A stretch of DNA of 64,000 nt from the IMG/VR virus record IMGVR_UViG_3300027708_002017. One strand, written 5' to 3'. The notes below the pieces were generated by a model. That model ran no database searches, was not told the DNA's origin, and saw only the letters and a program-made list of their open reading frames with translations. The position numbers and the translations under genes were made by a program. Each line of letters starts with the position of its first letter. The stretch's first letter is position 1. Of this stretch, positions 1 to 10,037 are shown piece after piece. Origin of the DNA: an uncultured virus (IMG/VR IMGVR_UViG_3300027708_002017). Lineage: Duplodnaviria > Heunggongvirae > Uroviricota > Caudoviricetes.

Positions 1-105
1 CATTTCCAACCTACAATAATCCAAATAAGATTCTAAATCGTCAAAGATTTTAACGACGTCTGGGCGGTTTTCGAAATATGCGTAATCTTTGTAATTCTTA
101 GCCAT
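1..105 (-). CDS. hypothetical protein, N-terminal part only (MAKNYKDYAYFENRPDVVKIFDDLESYLDYCRLEM...)
   Basis: ATG at 105 with AAGGA SD upstream; frame stays open to the window edge. Confidence 0.75.
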   Translation of the reverse strand, partial: MAKNYKDYAYFENRPDVVKIFDDLESYLDYCRLEM

Positions 106-116
106 TATAGCTTTCC

Positions 117-512
117 TTAATATTTAATAAACGAACCATTTTCTCCGTCTTCGGAGACTTCAATCCAAACCTCTCGGTTGGGATACTTTAGTGCGATGAT
201 GGTATGTAAATCATCTGACATCATCTCACAACTCTTGTAGTCAAGGCTTAGAACGGCACCTTGACCATTATACAGCGACTCGAGCCATCGTTTGAACTGG
301 ATAAACTCGATGTCCCTGTCATTGTGTTGCACACTGATCCACACCCTGAAATGAAAGATATGACGGTGAGGATTAGCAAGAAACGACACATCATATTCAT
401 CTCCTGTTGCTAGGTTAGGATCTGTTGCCGCCGCTGGGTAGCAATGAATACCTTCCTTGCGCAAGGTAACCCAGATCATTTTGTTAGGTCTAATGTCTTG
501 TTTAATAATCAT
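117..512 (-). CDS. divergent QueD/6-pyruvoyl-tetrahydropterin synthase-like T-fold protein
   Basis: His-rich pattern (H...NPHRHIFH), DIEF, SCE and C-terminal VSEDGENG resemble PTPS/QueD-like proteins. Confidence 0.6.
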   Translation of the reverse strand: MIIKQDIRPNKMIWVTLRKEGIHCYPAAATDPNLATGDEYDVSFLANPHRHIFHFRVWISVQHNDRDIEFIQFKRWLESLYNGQGAVLSLDYKSCEMMSDDLHTIIALKYPNREVWIEVSEDGENGSFIKY

Positions 513-513
513 A

Positions 514-1170
514 TTATACTTTCTTTAAGCGTTGTAGTGGGTAATCGGGAACAAACAAACCGTCTATAAAAAATACTAAAGTCAATCTTCCTGTATCTTC
601 AATACCGTGATAGTCGTCTGCCGCATGGTACAAATGACTATCAAACATTACTAATCTATTGAATTTATTTTTAACTGTAATAGATTTAGTAAACTGATCG
701 TTGTTTTCTTTTCTAAATTTTTCAAACGCATCTGCCGAATCGGGATCCATGAAAGACTGCATTTTTTCTTTGTGATTTAACAGTTCAGTTGCTTCCTTGT
801 TAGATTCCCAAATAGTAGTTCCACTATCTAAATCAGACTCTGGATCAAGATAGATAATACCTGTAATCTTATCTAGATCTTTATGTACCCAACCTTGATT
901 ATAGCGTCTATCTACCATTTGGAATCCAGCAGTAGCATGCCATTTTACTTCGGTGTGTGTATGATGAAAATCGTAAAACACACTTAATGATCGCATAATA
1001 ATGTGGTTAAGTAGTGCAGGATCGATATCGTTAAGCAATGCTGTACGCTTACCAGGCCACAGGTTATGTGGATCTGTTTTAAATTCCTGCTGTAATGCAA
1101 ATTCTCTAACCTTCATAGGGTTATCAAAGAAGTCATCCACAACTGTAGTTGGAATAATATAATTCTTCAT
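514..1170 (-). CDS. 2OG-Fe(II) oxygenase (DUF6445-like)
   Basis: VVDDFF start, WVHKD (HxD), GIIYL, NRLVMFDSHLYH; start moved to the ATG at 1170, which overlaps the upstream stop (ATGA). Confidence 0.8.
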   Translation of the reverse strand: MKNYIIPTTVVDDFFDNPMKVREFALQQEFKTDPHNLWPGKRTALLNDIDPALLNHIIMRSLSVFYDFHHTHTEVKWHATAGFQMVDRRYNQGWVHKDLDKITGIIYLDPESDLDSGTTIWESNKEATELLNHKEKMQSFMDPDSADAFEKFRKENNDQFTKSITVKNKFNRLVMFDSHLYHAADDYHGIEDTGRLTLVFFIDGLFVPDYPLQRLKKV

Positions 1171-1685
1171 GCAATAACAGTGTCTTGTGTATACTGATCC
1201 CAATGAGTATACTTGTCTTTACTCATCAAGCTCTGTAAGTGATGTGTCCACACACCTGGATTTGTAGCACCCCAAGTGCGGTCGTCCAGTTTAAGAGTGG
1301 CATTGTAGTTGAGTTGATTAATGTAAGGTAGTTTAACACTGATCATGGGAACAAATCGAGGATACTCATTATAAGCAGACTCTAACACACCCTCAATATG
1401 TTCAACACCAAAGTCTAAACTAACCCAATAGTCTTTCTTCAAGCATTCTAGGATAACATCATCCCACGGTCTGTATTCTGCTTGTGATATTGCCTTAGGG
1501 TTAAAACTTTGACTAGTGCCAAAATAGATATGTTTTACTTTGCTTTCTTCAGCTTTTGTAAGAATTTCTTTTATAGGTGGTGTACCTACAACAAACAATG
1601 TAAACATGCCATGACACACAGTATGTTCAACTTCATACCCTGTAAAGTAAACGACGCCTTGTCGTTCTTCAGTGTTTAGTCCCAT
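1167..1685 (-). CDS. hypothetical protein in the modification operon
   Basis: Coupled ORF; likely start MGLNTEERQ at 1685; no recognisable motif. Confidence 0.75.
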   Translation of the reverse strand: MGLNTEERQGVVYFTGYEVEHTVCHGMFTLFVVGTPPIKEILTKAEESKVKHIYFGTSQSFNPKAISQAEYRPWDDVILECLKKDYWVSLDFGVEHIEGVLESAYNEYPRFVPMISVKLPYINQLNYNATLKLDDRTWGATNPGVWTHHLQSLMSKDKYTHWDQYTQDTVIA

Positions 1686-2581
1686 TTGATATAACCTCTG
1701 CTGTAACCACACGGACGATTAACGCCGTCCGCAAACGCTTGTTGCCATTCAGTGTTACGATTATAACACCGGGTCCAAAAACTATCAACCTCTAGATAGC
1801 CTTTTTCAATCCAATACTTGGCAAAATGCATACAATCAATAAATTGAGGATTTCGGGGACTAGGTTTAATAGTAGTAACGGCTTTCCAAAGTTGTGACTG
1901 GGCTTCTGATTTACTAACTGCTTTGCCTACTCCGTCTATAATCAACGCATTGTTATTTAGATTTATTTCTGTGCCTAGTTCGTATTTTCCTGTAAGGTCT
2001 ACAACAACATCGTAACTTTCGCTGGTACCTAACAATAATTTATCGCCCCAAAGTTCTTGATTATTTGAACCTAGCACATCCACATGATAGATATAACCGT
2101 TTAGACGCATGGTATGATAGGCAACCCACGCAAGAAATCCACTGCCAATAATTAACATTCTTGTATTGTCGTTTTTGCCTTGTCGCGACTCCAATTGATC
2201 TTTGGCCTGATTGATAAGATTAATGCCGCAAGCAACGGGTTCTAATATATACTTGGGATCAGCTTCTGGTATTTCTACATATTCATCCATGCGCACATTG
2301 TAATAGTCTGCATAAGCAGGCTCTCCACGTGTTGCTACATAGTCTCCAACTCGAGTTGTTACTACATTTGATCCAACTTTAGTTACTCGGCCAATACCTT
2401 CATGGCCTTGCATGTGTAGAGGTAACGGGCCAAAGTCTCCCAACATCATATCAATGTCACTGCGACATACACCGGTCATAACTGCCTTGACTTCTATTTC
2501 GTAGGATGTTGGTTCGGGTTTATCAAACTCCACTTCTTCAAAGTGGCCTTGACCTGTTGTTTGTAAACATTTAACTTTCAT
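1676..2581 (-). CDS. Zn-dependent medium-chain dehydrogenase (sugar/alcohol)
   Basis: GVCRSD, GHEGIG, EPVAC, IIGSG Rossmann motif; lacks the four-Cys structural Zn lobe. Confidence 0.85.
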   Translation of the reverse strand: MKVKCLQTTGQGHFEEVEFDKPEPTSYEIEVKAVMTGVCRSDIDMMLGDFGPLPLHMQGHEGIGRVTKVGSNVVTTRVGDYVATRGEPAYADYYNVRMDEYVEIPEADPKYILEPVACGINLINQAKDQLESRQGKNDNTRMLIIGSGFLAWVAYHTMRLNGYIYHVDVLGSNNQELWGDKLLLGTSESYDVVVDLTGKYELGTEINLNNNALIIDGVGKAVSKSEAQSQLWKAVTTIKPSPRNPQFIDCMHFAKYWIEKGYLEVDSFWTRCYNRNTEWQQAFADGVNRPCGYSRGYIKWD

Positions 2582-3462
2582 AAAGTTTCTATTTTCTCAT
2601 GTATCCATGTATCTATATCAAATTGATCTAACCAGAATTGATAATTATCTATGTTATCGATAGCATCTTTAATCATATTTAGGTATGCTTCTTCCGGACA
2701 CCATCCTAATTCAAATCGTTCTATCTTGTTATCCGGCATTACAAACTCAATAGAGCTATCTTCTTCGTCCATACTACGCCAATTAGCTGTACAACGCCAT
2801 TTACTGCCAAAGTTAATAACACACATATCATCGACATTGTATGTACCTTGTGGATTTACCACTCCGTAATCAGTACTGTCAATGTCTTTTAACTCCCAAC
2901 ACTGCATAGCAGTTTTACCGCTAACAGTATCTGCTCTCCATTGAGAGTTCATAGCTACATACAAACTTAACAAATGGGGCATTAAGTCTCGACTAACTCC
3001 GCCAAACGCTAATTTCTTAGTAGTAAACCAACTGCCAGGACTGGGAATACAATTTTTACGTATCCAACGGATCTTAACTGTTTTAGCTCGATGGGCTAAC
3101 TCTTTTAACTCAGCAATATTGCTACGCCACATATTATTTTTAACCATAATAAAGCGTGTTTGCGTAAACGTAGTTATTAGTTTTTGCCAAGTAGCACTGG
3201 TAGCAACGCCTGGTTTTTCAATAAAAACAATTTTACTAATAGGCGCAAGTTTTGCCGCAATTTCAAAATGCGTAAAATTTGGAGTACAAATATGCACAGT
3301 ATCGAATCTACCATGTACTACAATAGCAGTATCAATGCTGATAAAATCTGCACCTTTACTGCTGTCATGATCGACGGTGACTACTTCATGTCCAAGTTTA
3401 GTTAAGACAGATTTGTATAACTGTCCAATACCCATGCCAATAATAAGGCTACGCTTGCTCAT
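2578..3462 (-). CDS. Gfo/Idh/MocA-family oxidoreductase
   Basis: IIGMGIG, ICTPNFTH, FIEKP, GGVSRDLMPH motifs. Confidence 0.85.
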   Translation of the reverse strand: MSKRSLIIGMGIGQLYKSVLTKLGHEVVTVDHDSSKGADFISIDTAIVVHGRFDTVHICTPNFTHFEIAAKLAPISKIVFIEKPGVATSATWQKLITTFTQTRFIMVKNNMWRSNIAELKELAHRAKTVKIRWIRKNCIPSPGSWFTTKKLAFGGVSRDLMPHLLSLYVAMNSQWRADTVSGKTAMQCWELKDIDSTDYGVVNPQGTYNVDDMCVINFGSKWRCTANWRSMDEEDSSIEFVMPDNKIERFELGWCPEEAYLNMIKDAIDNIDNYQFWLDQFDIDTWIHEKIETL

Positions 3463-3694
3463 TTTTCTTTTCCTCGTAGGCTCTAAACATTCGAGTTACT
3501 TCTTCCATTTGTTTTTGAAACACTTCGGGAGCACCTATTGCCGCAATTTGCATATCATATTCGCTGGGATAATGTCGTAAACAGCGTCTAGCACTATCTT
3601 TAATTGCTTTAGGCACTCGAGGAGTAGTTAAGATCTCTAGTAAAAATCTTTGAGTCTGTACTACTGCTCGATATCTTTCATCAGGTAATGTCAT
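3449..3694 (-). CDS. small phage protein (BPSL0761-like)
   Basis: TLPDERYRAV...LRHYP pattern; likely ATG at 3694. Confidence 0.6.
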   Translation of the reverse strand: MTLPDERYRAVVQTQRFLLEILTTPRVPKAIKDSARRCLRHYPSEYDMQIAAIGAPEVFQKQMEEVTRMFRAYEEKKNEQA

Positions 3695-5387
3695 GTACAC
3701 TTGCCTCTAATGCGTCAAGTTTATCAATAGCCGATTCGTCAAAATCAACTTCTTCATCTGATTGTACACTATCTTCGTCCACTTCGTCAAACAATACGGA
3801 GAACATTTTACCAGCATTTACCGTTTTCTTACCAGTTGCGCCACGTGTTCCAGGAATAGCTTGCCAAAATTTATCAAATCCGTCAATGATTGCTTCTGCC
3901 GTTGCTCTATCTGGAGCACTAAAAATGGCATCTACTACATCTTTAAAGTAAACTCTTTCAAATTTTTCATCGACAAGCATAGCAGGACATAAGCCGGCGT
4001 CGTATTGACGATTGGCTTCTTGTACACTATTCAAATGTAACCATACATTATGACCCATCATAATAGCATAGGTGAAGCTATCCCAACTTGTCTTGCCTTC
4101 TTTACCTATCTTATTTAGGTCTCCAGGGCCGTATATACAAATATCTTTTACTTCTACACCATCCATTAATGGACTTGTAGTAAAAGAAGTAAAATGTTTG
4201 TCTTGTACTACTACATCTTGGAAGAGTCGTGTGTCTTTGCTGTATTTTTTGTTGTCAAGACTTGGCAACATGCGATAGAGCCATTTTTGTCTGTCTTCGA
4301 TTTCTGTTTGGACATAGATCTGTCCGTTTGCTGTTGCCAGAAACGGTGAGGCGCAGTCAAAAGATATGGTAAAGTTTTCATTATGATATTTCCTTATAGC
4401 TCGTTGTATGTCAGTTAATAACAATGCCCACTCTAACTTAGAGGTGCCCAGGAAGTGCATCCAATCTTGATGACCTTTTTCAAGAAGACCGTCAAATTTC
4501 AATGCCACTAATCTACGTAATACCAAATCTACGTCACACATATTTTGTCCACCCATAGCCCAGCCATTAAATGCCTTATCGCCATAGATGTTGGGATCGC
4601 AAAAGTCTTTCATTTGTTGATACCAATCTTCTGCTTGTCCGTGATTTTCGCCTTGCAATACATTTAAAAACTTACAAGCACCTGTACGATGTTTAATAAA
4701 GTATTCATTATTGTATTTTGTAGCGTTTACAGCTTGTTGATATGAACTAATACCAGTAGCCGCTTTTCCAACAGGGCTACGTTCAACCCACGCTGGAATA
4801 TCAAGTACCATGCCGTAATCCATAAGTGCATCCATCCAAGTTAACACTTGTTCACGTTTCTTCTGCGCCGCATCTAACAGTGCTTGATAGTTTTTAACAT
4901 GATCAATTTTAGTATACTTAGGATTTCCGTTTTTATCTAACTTAGGATCGCCAGTTGGATGTAATTGAGGTACAAGTTCAACTCCTTTAGCCTGCACTTC
5001 TTTCCATTTGGCCGCAACTTCAGGGCCGGTAGGATCACGCCATTCTCCTGCCCATACGCCTTTACCAATTTGGAATCCACCTGAATCTCCTAGGACCCAA
5101 CTTGTTGAACGATCTCTGTTGCGGAACATGTCTTCGCTAGGATCTGGTTTGGTCAAATCTAAATTAGCATGTCCTGCTGAGTATAAACAATGGTCAAAGT
5201 AAAATGCCGCATTAGGATTTAAGTAATTCATTGCTTCAATACCCAATGGCCCAAAACTCTTAGGGATACGTGCAGGGTCAACATAGTTACTATAACGTTG
5301 TTTACCTATATAAGTGCTATAAAATCCTGACGTTGCCGGCAGGAAATACGCATAGTCCGATTGAGTTGCTGTTAGATTTCTATTCAT
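3681..5387 (-). CDS. TGT/DpdA-like guanine transglycosylase
   Basis: LGDSGGFQ, MVLD, NVLQG, GWAMGG, MHFLG and SFDCASP match the TGT-barrel catalytic motifs. Confidence 0.8.
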   Translation of the reverse strand: MNRNLTATQSDYAYFLPATSGFYSTYIGKQRYSNYVDPARIPKSFGPLGIEAMNYLNPNAAFYFDHCLYSAGHANLDLTKPDPSEDMFRNRDRSTSWVLGDSGGFQIGKGVWAGEWRDPTGPEVAAKWKEVQAKGVELVPQLHPTGDPKLDKNGNPKYTKIDHVKNYQALLDAAQKKREQVLTWMDALMDYGMVLDIPAWVERSPVGKAATGISSYQQAVNATKYNNEYFIKHRTGACKFLNVLQGENHGQAEDWYQQMKDFCDPNIYGDKAFNGWAMGGQNMCDVDLVLRRLVALKFDGLLEKGHQDWMHFLGTSKLEWALLLTDIQRAIRKYHNENFTISFDCASPFLATANGQIYVQTEIEDRQKWLYRMLPSLDNKKYSKDTRLFQDVVVQDKHFTSFTTSPLMDGVEVKDICIYGPGDLNKIGKEGKTSWDSFTYAIMMGHNVWLHLNSVQEANRQYDAGLCPAMLVDEKFERVYFKDVVDAIFSAPDRATAEAIIDGFDKFWQAIPGTRGATGKKTVNAGKMFSVLFDEVDEDSVQSDEEVDFDESAIDKLDALEASVHDIT

Positions 5388-5738
5388 TTAGATCCAGTGT
5401 TGTGCTAGTACCATTAGACTTAACCAAGCCCACATAGTATTAAAGCCTACTAGTGTTGGCAATGCTTTTTTACGGCTTGCCCAAATAAGTGTTACGCTGG
5501 TTAGTAATGTTAGATAATATAGTTCCCAGATTTGAATACCAAATATTAAACCTGGAATAATGATGATGGCTTTGGCCAACCAACTGACAAATTCTACAGT
5601 ATTGTATCCTGTCCAATACTCTTTGGTAAACCACATCATATAGCAGTCACGCATATTTGCCCAGCCGCTATGGCTATAACTAATTGCCATTAGTACTAGC
5701 CATACACCTACTGCCAATAGAATTTGATCTGTAGTCAT
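5388..5738 (-). CDS. small multi-pass membrane protein
   Basis: About four hydrophobic segments; likely start MTTDQ at 5738. Confidence 0.7.
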   Translation of the reverse strand: MTTDQILLAVGVWLVLMAISYSHSGWANMRDCYMMWFTKEYWTGYNTVEFVSWLAKAIIIIPGLIFGIQIWELYYLTLLTSVTLIWASRKKALPTLVGFNTMWAWLSLMVLAQHWI

Positions 5739-5739
5739 A

Positions 5740-6471
5740 TTATTTGCTCTGTGCCGGTAAAATATATTCGTATTCTGCAATACCGCTGTCTACTGTAATT
5801 TGTAGTGCGCCTTGGTCACTAATACGCATTGTTTTGTCGCCAGTTAGATTAAGAATACTCATAACTTGTACAACGGGCCAAGACCATGCTTGTTTTAATT
5901 TGCCATCCACACCTGCTTGGAACGTAAATGATCCAGCGTGTGTGCTTGCATCTCCGAAACTAAACACTAGATTGTTGTTGTCTGTTCGAACTTGGAATGT
6001 TTGTTCTTCAGTGTGAGCACTTGCTTGGAACTTTAGCTTTTGAATACTAGCCATAGTCGGAGCAAATTCTATGTTCCATGTTGCACCTTTGAACTTAACC
6101 GTCTTAAGTTTGTCATTGATGACTTCTGTGTTCATGAAACGATAGTCGTTTTCGAAGTCGCCAGGCCCGTTTTGAAAATGCAATCCTGTTGGAATTGTTT
6201 CTCCATTGCGTTCTTGCTTGACCACTTTAATGGTAAAGTTTTCTTTGTATTCTGGACACTTTAAATGGATGTCTAGTTTATTTAGGTTAGGCATACCAAA
6301 TACGCCTTCTAAGTCGTCGATTGCTTCTTTGGTCTTTGCATTAAGGATAACGCTACGATCTTCAGCCATTGATTCGATAACTGTTTCTTTATCAGTTGCA
6401 CTAATTTTAATTAGTGGCAAAAATCCTAGGCTGTGTGTATGTGCTACTAGGTCTTGTAAAAAGTCTTTCAT
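5740..6471 (-). CDS. probable sliding clamp (gp45/PCNA-like)
   Basis: 243 aa, PCNA-like ending (YEYILPA), near polB, clamp loader in the same window. Confidence 0.6.
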   Translation of the reverse strand: MKDFLQDLVAHTHSLGFLPLIKISATDKETVIESMAEDRSVILNAKTKEAIDDLEGVFGMPNLNKLDIHLKCPEYKENFTIKVVKQERNGETIPTGLHFQNGPGDFENDYRFMNTEVINDKLKTVKFKGATWNIEFAPTMASIQKLKFQASAHTEEQTFQVRTDNNNLVFSFGDASTHAGSFTFQAGVDGKLKQAWSWPVVQVMSILNLTGDKTMRISDQGALQITVDSGIAEYEYILPAQSK

Positions 6472-6491
6472 ATGATTCTCCGTATTGTGTT

Positions 6492-6519
6492 ATTATATAG
6501 GTTTTTGTGACTATGTCAA
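6492..6519 (-). promoter_or_regulatory. sigma70-type early promoter
   Basis: TTGACA-16 bp-TATAAT upstream of the clamp and modification operon. Confidence 0.75.
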
Positions 6520-7284
6520 ATGTTTTCTTATCGTTTTATTATATTCTACTGCCGCATCGAGTATGGTCAAAGGTTGTTGGGCCTTATTTGCATATTCGAG
6601 TAACGCATTAGTATCCTTGGGGAAACAAGCACCCCCAAATCCTCTGTCTCCGTCGAAGCCAACAACAGTATGACTATTACCGATACGAGAATCGTGAGCA
6701 ATAATTTGCCTTACTAAATTGTAGTCAGCGCCACTAACCTTGCATAGATCATATAACTGATTAAAAAATGCTACTTTAGTGGCTAGGAAACTGTTAATAC
6801 TGTATTTGACCAACGATGCTTCAGTCACACTACAGTAAAAATACAATTTACAATCAGGAAGTACTGATGTAAATAATTCTTGCCAAAATCCTTCTGGATC
6901 TTCTCCACCTAGTACCATGTACTTTTGATTGGCAAAATCCTCCACTGAGCTAACAGCCCGTAAAAATTCTGGATTGTAGCAAATACTGTGATTTTCAAAT
7001 GCTGATTGTATTGCAAACAATTGATCCGGCACTATTGTAGATTTAATCAGTACTGGCATGAATACAGGAACTGATTTTAATACAGCATAGACTTGACTGT
7101 CATCACATGCATGTTGCTCTGTTTGGGGAGTACCCACACAGACAATAATACCATCAGCATCTGAATGATCAGCAATCGACTCGTTGCCATATTTTGGATC
7201 AACAATAACTAACTCATGTTGTTTTTCTAGTGTACTTGCCACTGCTTTGCCTACAAAGCCATATCCTGCGATTATAATTTTCAT
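6511..7284 (-). CDS. UDP-glucose/GDP-mannose dehydrogenase family (lacks the C-terminal domain)
   Basis: GYGFVG, CVGTP, IKST, NPEFLR, GFGGACFPKD with catalytic Cys. Confidence 0.9.
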   Translation of the reverse strand: MKIIIAGYGFVGKAVASTLEKQHELVIVDPKYGNESIADHSDADGIIVCVGTPQTEQHACDDSQVYAVLKSVPVFMPVLIKSTIVPDQLFAIQSAFENHSICYNPEFLRAVSSVEDFANQKYMVLGGEDPEGFWQELFTSVLPDCKLYFYCSVTEASLVKYSINSFLATKVAFFNQLYDLCKVSGADYNLVRQIIAHDSRIGNSHTVVGFDGDRGFGGACFPKDTNALLEYANKAQQPLTILDAAVEYNKTIRKHLT

Positions 7285-7285
7285 A

Positions 7286-9955
7286 TTAAAACTCGAATAA
7301 ACTGTTAAATGTATTTTTTTCTTCGGTACTTCTCACGTCCCATTTAAGCACACCAATCAAATTTTCTAATTTCTTATCAATAATAGTGGCCTCCATTTCT
7401 GCATGATCAAAAGGCAAATCCTTGAACCACTGCGGAAGTCTCAGCTCGTCTACTGGATAAGCCACACTGGTAAACGCCAGCGGATTAGGTTTGAGTTTAC
7501 AAACAATAACTTTCTGACCATCAGTAATGTTCATTGAGTATTTGTCGTTGTACATTCTTTTGAGCGTATTCCAATTAATACTTGCTCGTACATGACCAGG
7601 CATATTAGCCTTGCCAGCCTTCTTCTCTTTTGCTTCGTATTCTGTAACTTTGTTTGCACGTTTTGGACTTCCTTTTTCCCAACCTGGACGAGCTTTGAAT
7701 TTACTTCTAAACTCACTAATGCTGTCTAACACAGCCTGTTCTTCCTTGCCAGTAAGCACCATTTCTAAAACTTCGCTTAAAAAGTCTTGAATAAATTCTG
7801 GTGTATCACTGCGTTTGAGATCCAGCCCCATGGCTTTAATCTTGCCTGGTTTGCCATCTACGTCTGTGCGCTTGCCTTCTTTATCATAATACAGCACCGC
7901 ATAACGTTTCTTGGTAATGAATAAACTCTTTGACCCAACAATTTCTCGGCCAGCTTTGATAACTTCGCCACGTGATTTAGGTACGTGGAATGTGTCCAAC
8001 ATAAACTGTGGGAACGTGTTGTTAACTTCATCTGCAATTTGATCATACAGTTGAATTACATTTTCCCGACTCCACGGAATTGCGCCACTATCGATATCTT
8101 TCTTTAACGTCTTGTATGCTGAGAAATAACATGAGTCTGTATCACCATAGATAACTGCTTTACCCACGTGGTCATACTCACCTGTGATAATTTCATTTAC
8201 CTTACTGGCCATATGCTTGGCAATTTGTCTGCCAACCAATGTTGTCGACTGACCAATTCGCTTGTCAAAGAACCTGCATCCACTGTTAAGAATAGCACCA
8301 TACAAACTGTTAAGATTAATTTTCTTAACCAACTGTCGTTTGTCCCAATATTCCTCTTCAACTTTATTGCCGGCCTTGATAGCTTCTTTTAATTTGGCCT
8401 GCATTTCTTTACGTTCTGCATACCAGCGTTTTAGTAGTCCAGGAATAATACCTTCTTTTTCATAAGTAAAAATTGTGCCGTTACTAGACAACATCCAAGG
8501 TTGGTTACTTTCAAATATGAGTCTATATACTTCGGCGGCACTTACTACGTCAACATCTCCGTTTTCCCAATCAATGGTAATGTCTGTGCCAATCTCTTGA
8601 GCCATTACTGCTTCATATTCATCCGCACCGAATTTACCTTCCCAGGCAGCCGCAAAACTTTTACCTTTGGCTATTTGTGCTTCGATGTATTCTTCAGTTT
8701 TAGTCTGACGTAACTGTCCAATAATTGTTTCTGGACCCATGTTAAGCGCACGAATAGCACTTGGATAAAGACTATTGATATCCAATGAACCTACCCAGTC
8801 TTGAATACCTTCTTTGGGATAAGCAACATACGCACCAGCCGCACCTTCGTTATCTTCACGTTCACTCATCTTAGTGCGGTTAGGCACTTGCATGCCTCTG
8901 CGATGGCATTCGTTAATAATAGCTTGCTCAGTTACCGCCACAGCACCCATTGTTGTCTGTAGTAATACTGTATTTTCATGTGCCAGTGTATTGGCAAGGT
9001 CCATGAACTTTAATTTCTTATCAAGATCGTCAAGCAGTTTACAGTCATTGATGTTATATTCAACAAACGTCTTAAAGTCATTGTTGTATAATTGGTCGAG
9101 TGTACCTTCATATTGTGTTTTACGTTTACCTAACTCATATTCCGCAATGGCGTCAAGTCTATAACTGTGGCGTTCTTCATACGTATACTTACGGTACAAC
9201 TCAAGATAGTCTAAATGAACGCGACCAATGTAGTCATAGGTTACACTATCACGACCAAACTTTTCATATTCTCTGCGTTTAGGAAACTGATCAAACAAAC
9301 AGAAACGACGGGTATCTTCTTTACTCAATACCTTTGTCACTCTATTTGTGGTATAAGGCACGTCAAATCCTTCACTGTTCCAACCACTAAGCACGTCTGC
9401 ATCTTTAATTAGATCCAAGAACATGTCCAACAAGTCTGCTTCTTTGTCAAACAAATAAGTGTTAGGAAAATCTTTGACCATTTCCTTGGCTTCTTCCATC
9501 TTAAGACCTTTAGGAGGAATAGCCAAACATACCATAGTTTCTAACCATTGTAGGTAGACAGCAATCGCAGTAATTGGCATGAACGCATCATCTGGACTTG
9601 CATAGCCACGCTCTGGATCAAAGTCTACCTCAATATCGAAAAATGCTACATTTAGTTTAGGCGCATCTTGATTTAAATAGTGTTCACTTAGTGTAACAAA
9701 GATTGGATTAATATCGCTTTCAAACAATTCTTTGCCGCTGTTAATAGCCTGCTCTTTTCTGAGCTCTTTAGTATTTTTACAAACAATCTTGGTTAAGGAA
9801 TCGCCGTAGATGGATTCAAATTTGCCGCGAGGGTCTTTAACATAGAACGTGTGTTTGACAGGAATGTCACGGAACTCACGCTCACCTTTTTTATTACGTT
9901 CAACAACGCGAATGATATCATTCTCGCGGTCAAACCATGCGTCTACATAAGACAT
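7286..9955 (-). CDS. family B DNA polymerase
   Basis: FDIE, GWNSEGFD, YNIND exonuclease motifs; DINSLYPS, KINLNSLYG, YGDTDS, KKRY. Confidence 0.97.
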   Translation of the reverse strand: MSYVDAWFDRENDIIRVVERNKKGEREFRDIPVKHTFYVKDPRGKFESIYGDSLTKIVCKNTKELRKEQAINSGKELFESDINPIFVTLSEHYLNQDAPKLNVAFFDIEVDFDPERGYASPDDAFMPITAIAVYLQWLETMVCLAIPPKGLKMEEAKEMVKDFPNTYLFDKEADLLDMFLDLIKDADVLSGWNSEGFDVPYTTNRVTKVLSKEDTRRFCLFDQFPKRREYEKFGRDSVTYDYIGRVHLDYLELYRKYTYEERHSYRLDAIAEYELGKRKTQYEGTLDQLYNNDFKTFVEYNINDCKLLDDLDKKLKFMDLANTLAHENTVLLQTTMGAVAVTEQAIINECHRRGMQVPNRTKMSEREDNEGAAGAYVAYPKEGIQDWVGSLDINSLYPSAIRALNMGPETIIGQLRQTKTEEYIEAQIAKGKSFAAAWEGKFGADEYEAVMAQEIGTDITIDWENGDVDVVSAAEVYRLIFESNQPWMLSSNGTIFTYEKEGIIPGLLKRWYAERKEMQAKLKEAIKAGNKVEEEYWDKRQLVKKINLNSLYGAILNSGCRFFDKRIGQSTTLVGRQIAKHMASKVNEIITGEYDHVGKAVIYGDTDSCYFSAYKTLKKDIDSGAIPWSRENVIQLYDQIADEVNNTFPQFMLDTFHVPKSRGEVIKAGREIVGSKSLFITKKRYAVLYYDKEGKRTDVDGKPGKIKAMGLDLKRSDTPEFIQDFLSEVLEMVLTGKEEQAVLDSISEFRSKFKARPGWEKGSPKRANKVTEYEAKEKKAGKANMPGHVRASINWNTLKRMYNDKYSMNITDGQKVIVCKLKPNPLAFTSVAYPVDELRLPQWFKDLPFDHAEMEATIIDKKLENLIGVLKWDVRSTEEKNTFNSLFEF

Positions 9956-9970
9956 AAAATACTTTCTCCA

Positions 9971-10015
9971 TGCAATTTAGGGCTTGCAAATACCTATGTG
10001 CTGTTTATGGCCAGC
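9971..10015 (-). promoter_or_regulatory. twin hairpins in the polB leader (candidate translational operator)
   Basis: GCUG-GCCAUAAA-CAGC and UGCAA-GCCCUAAA-UUGCA, the latter 1 nt before the GGAG SD. Confidence 0.55.
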
Positions 10016-10037
10016 TAACCTTTAACAACAATATTTA

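Noticed and set aside
7286..9955. Intein or intron in polB
   Set aside because: Normal length, contiguous motifs, no splicing or LAGLIDADG signatures.
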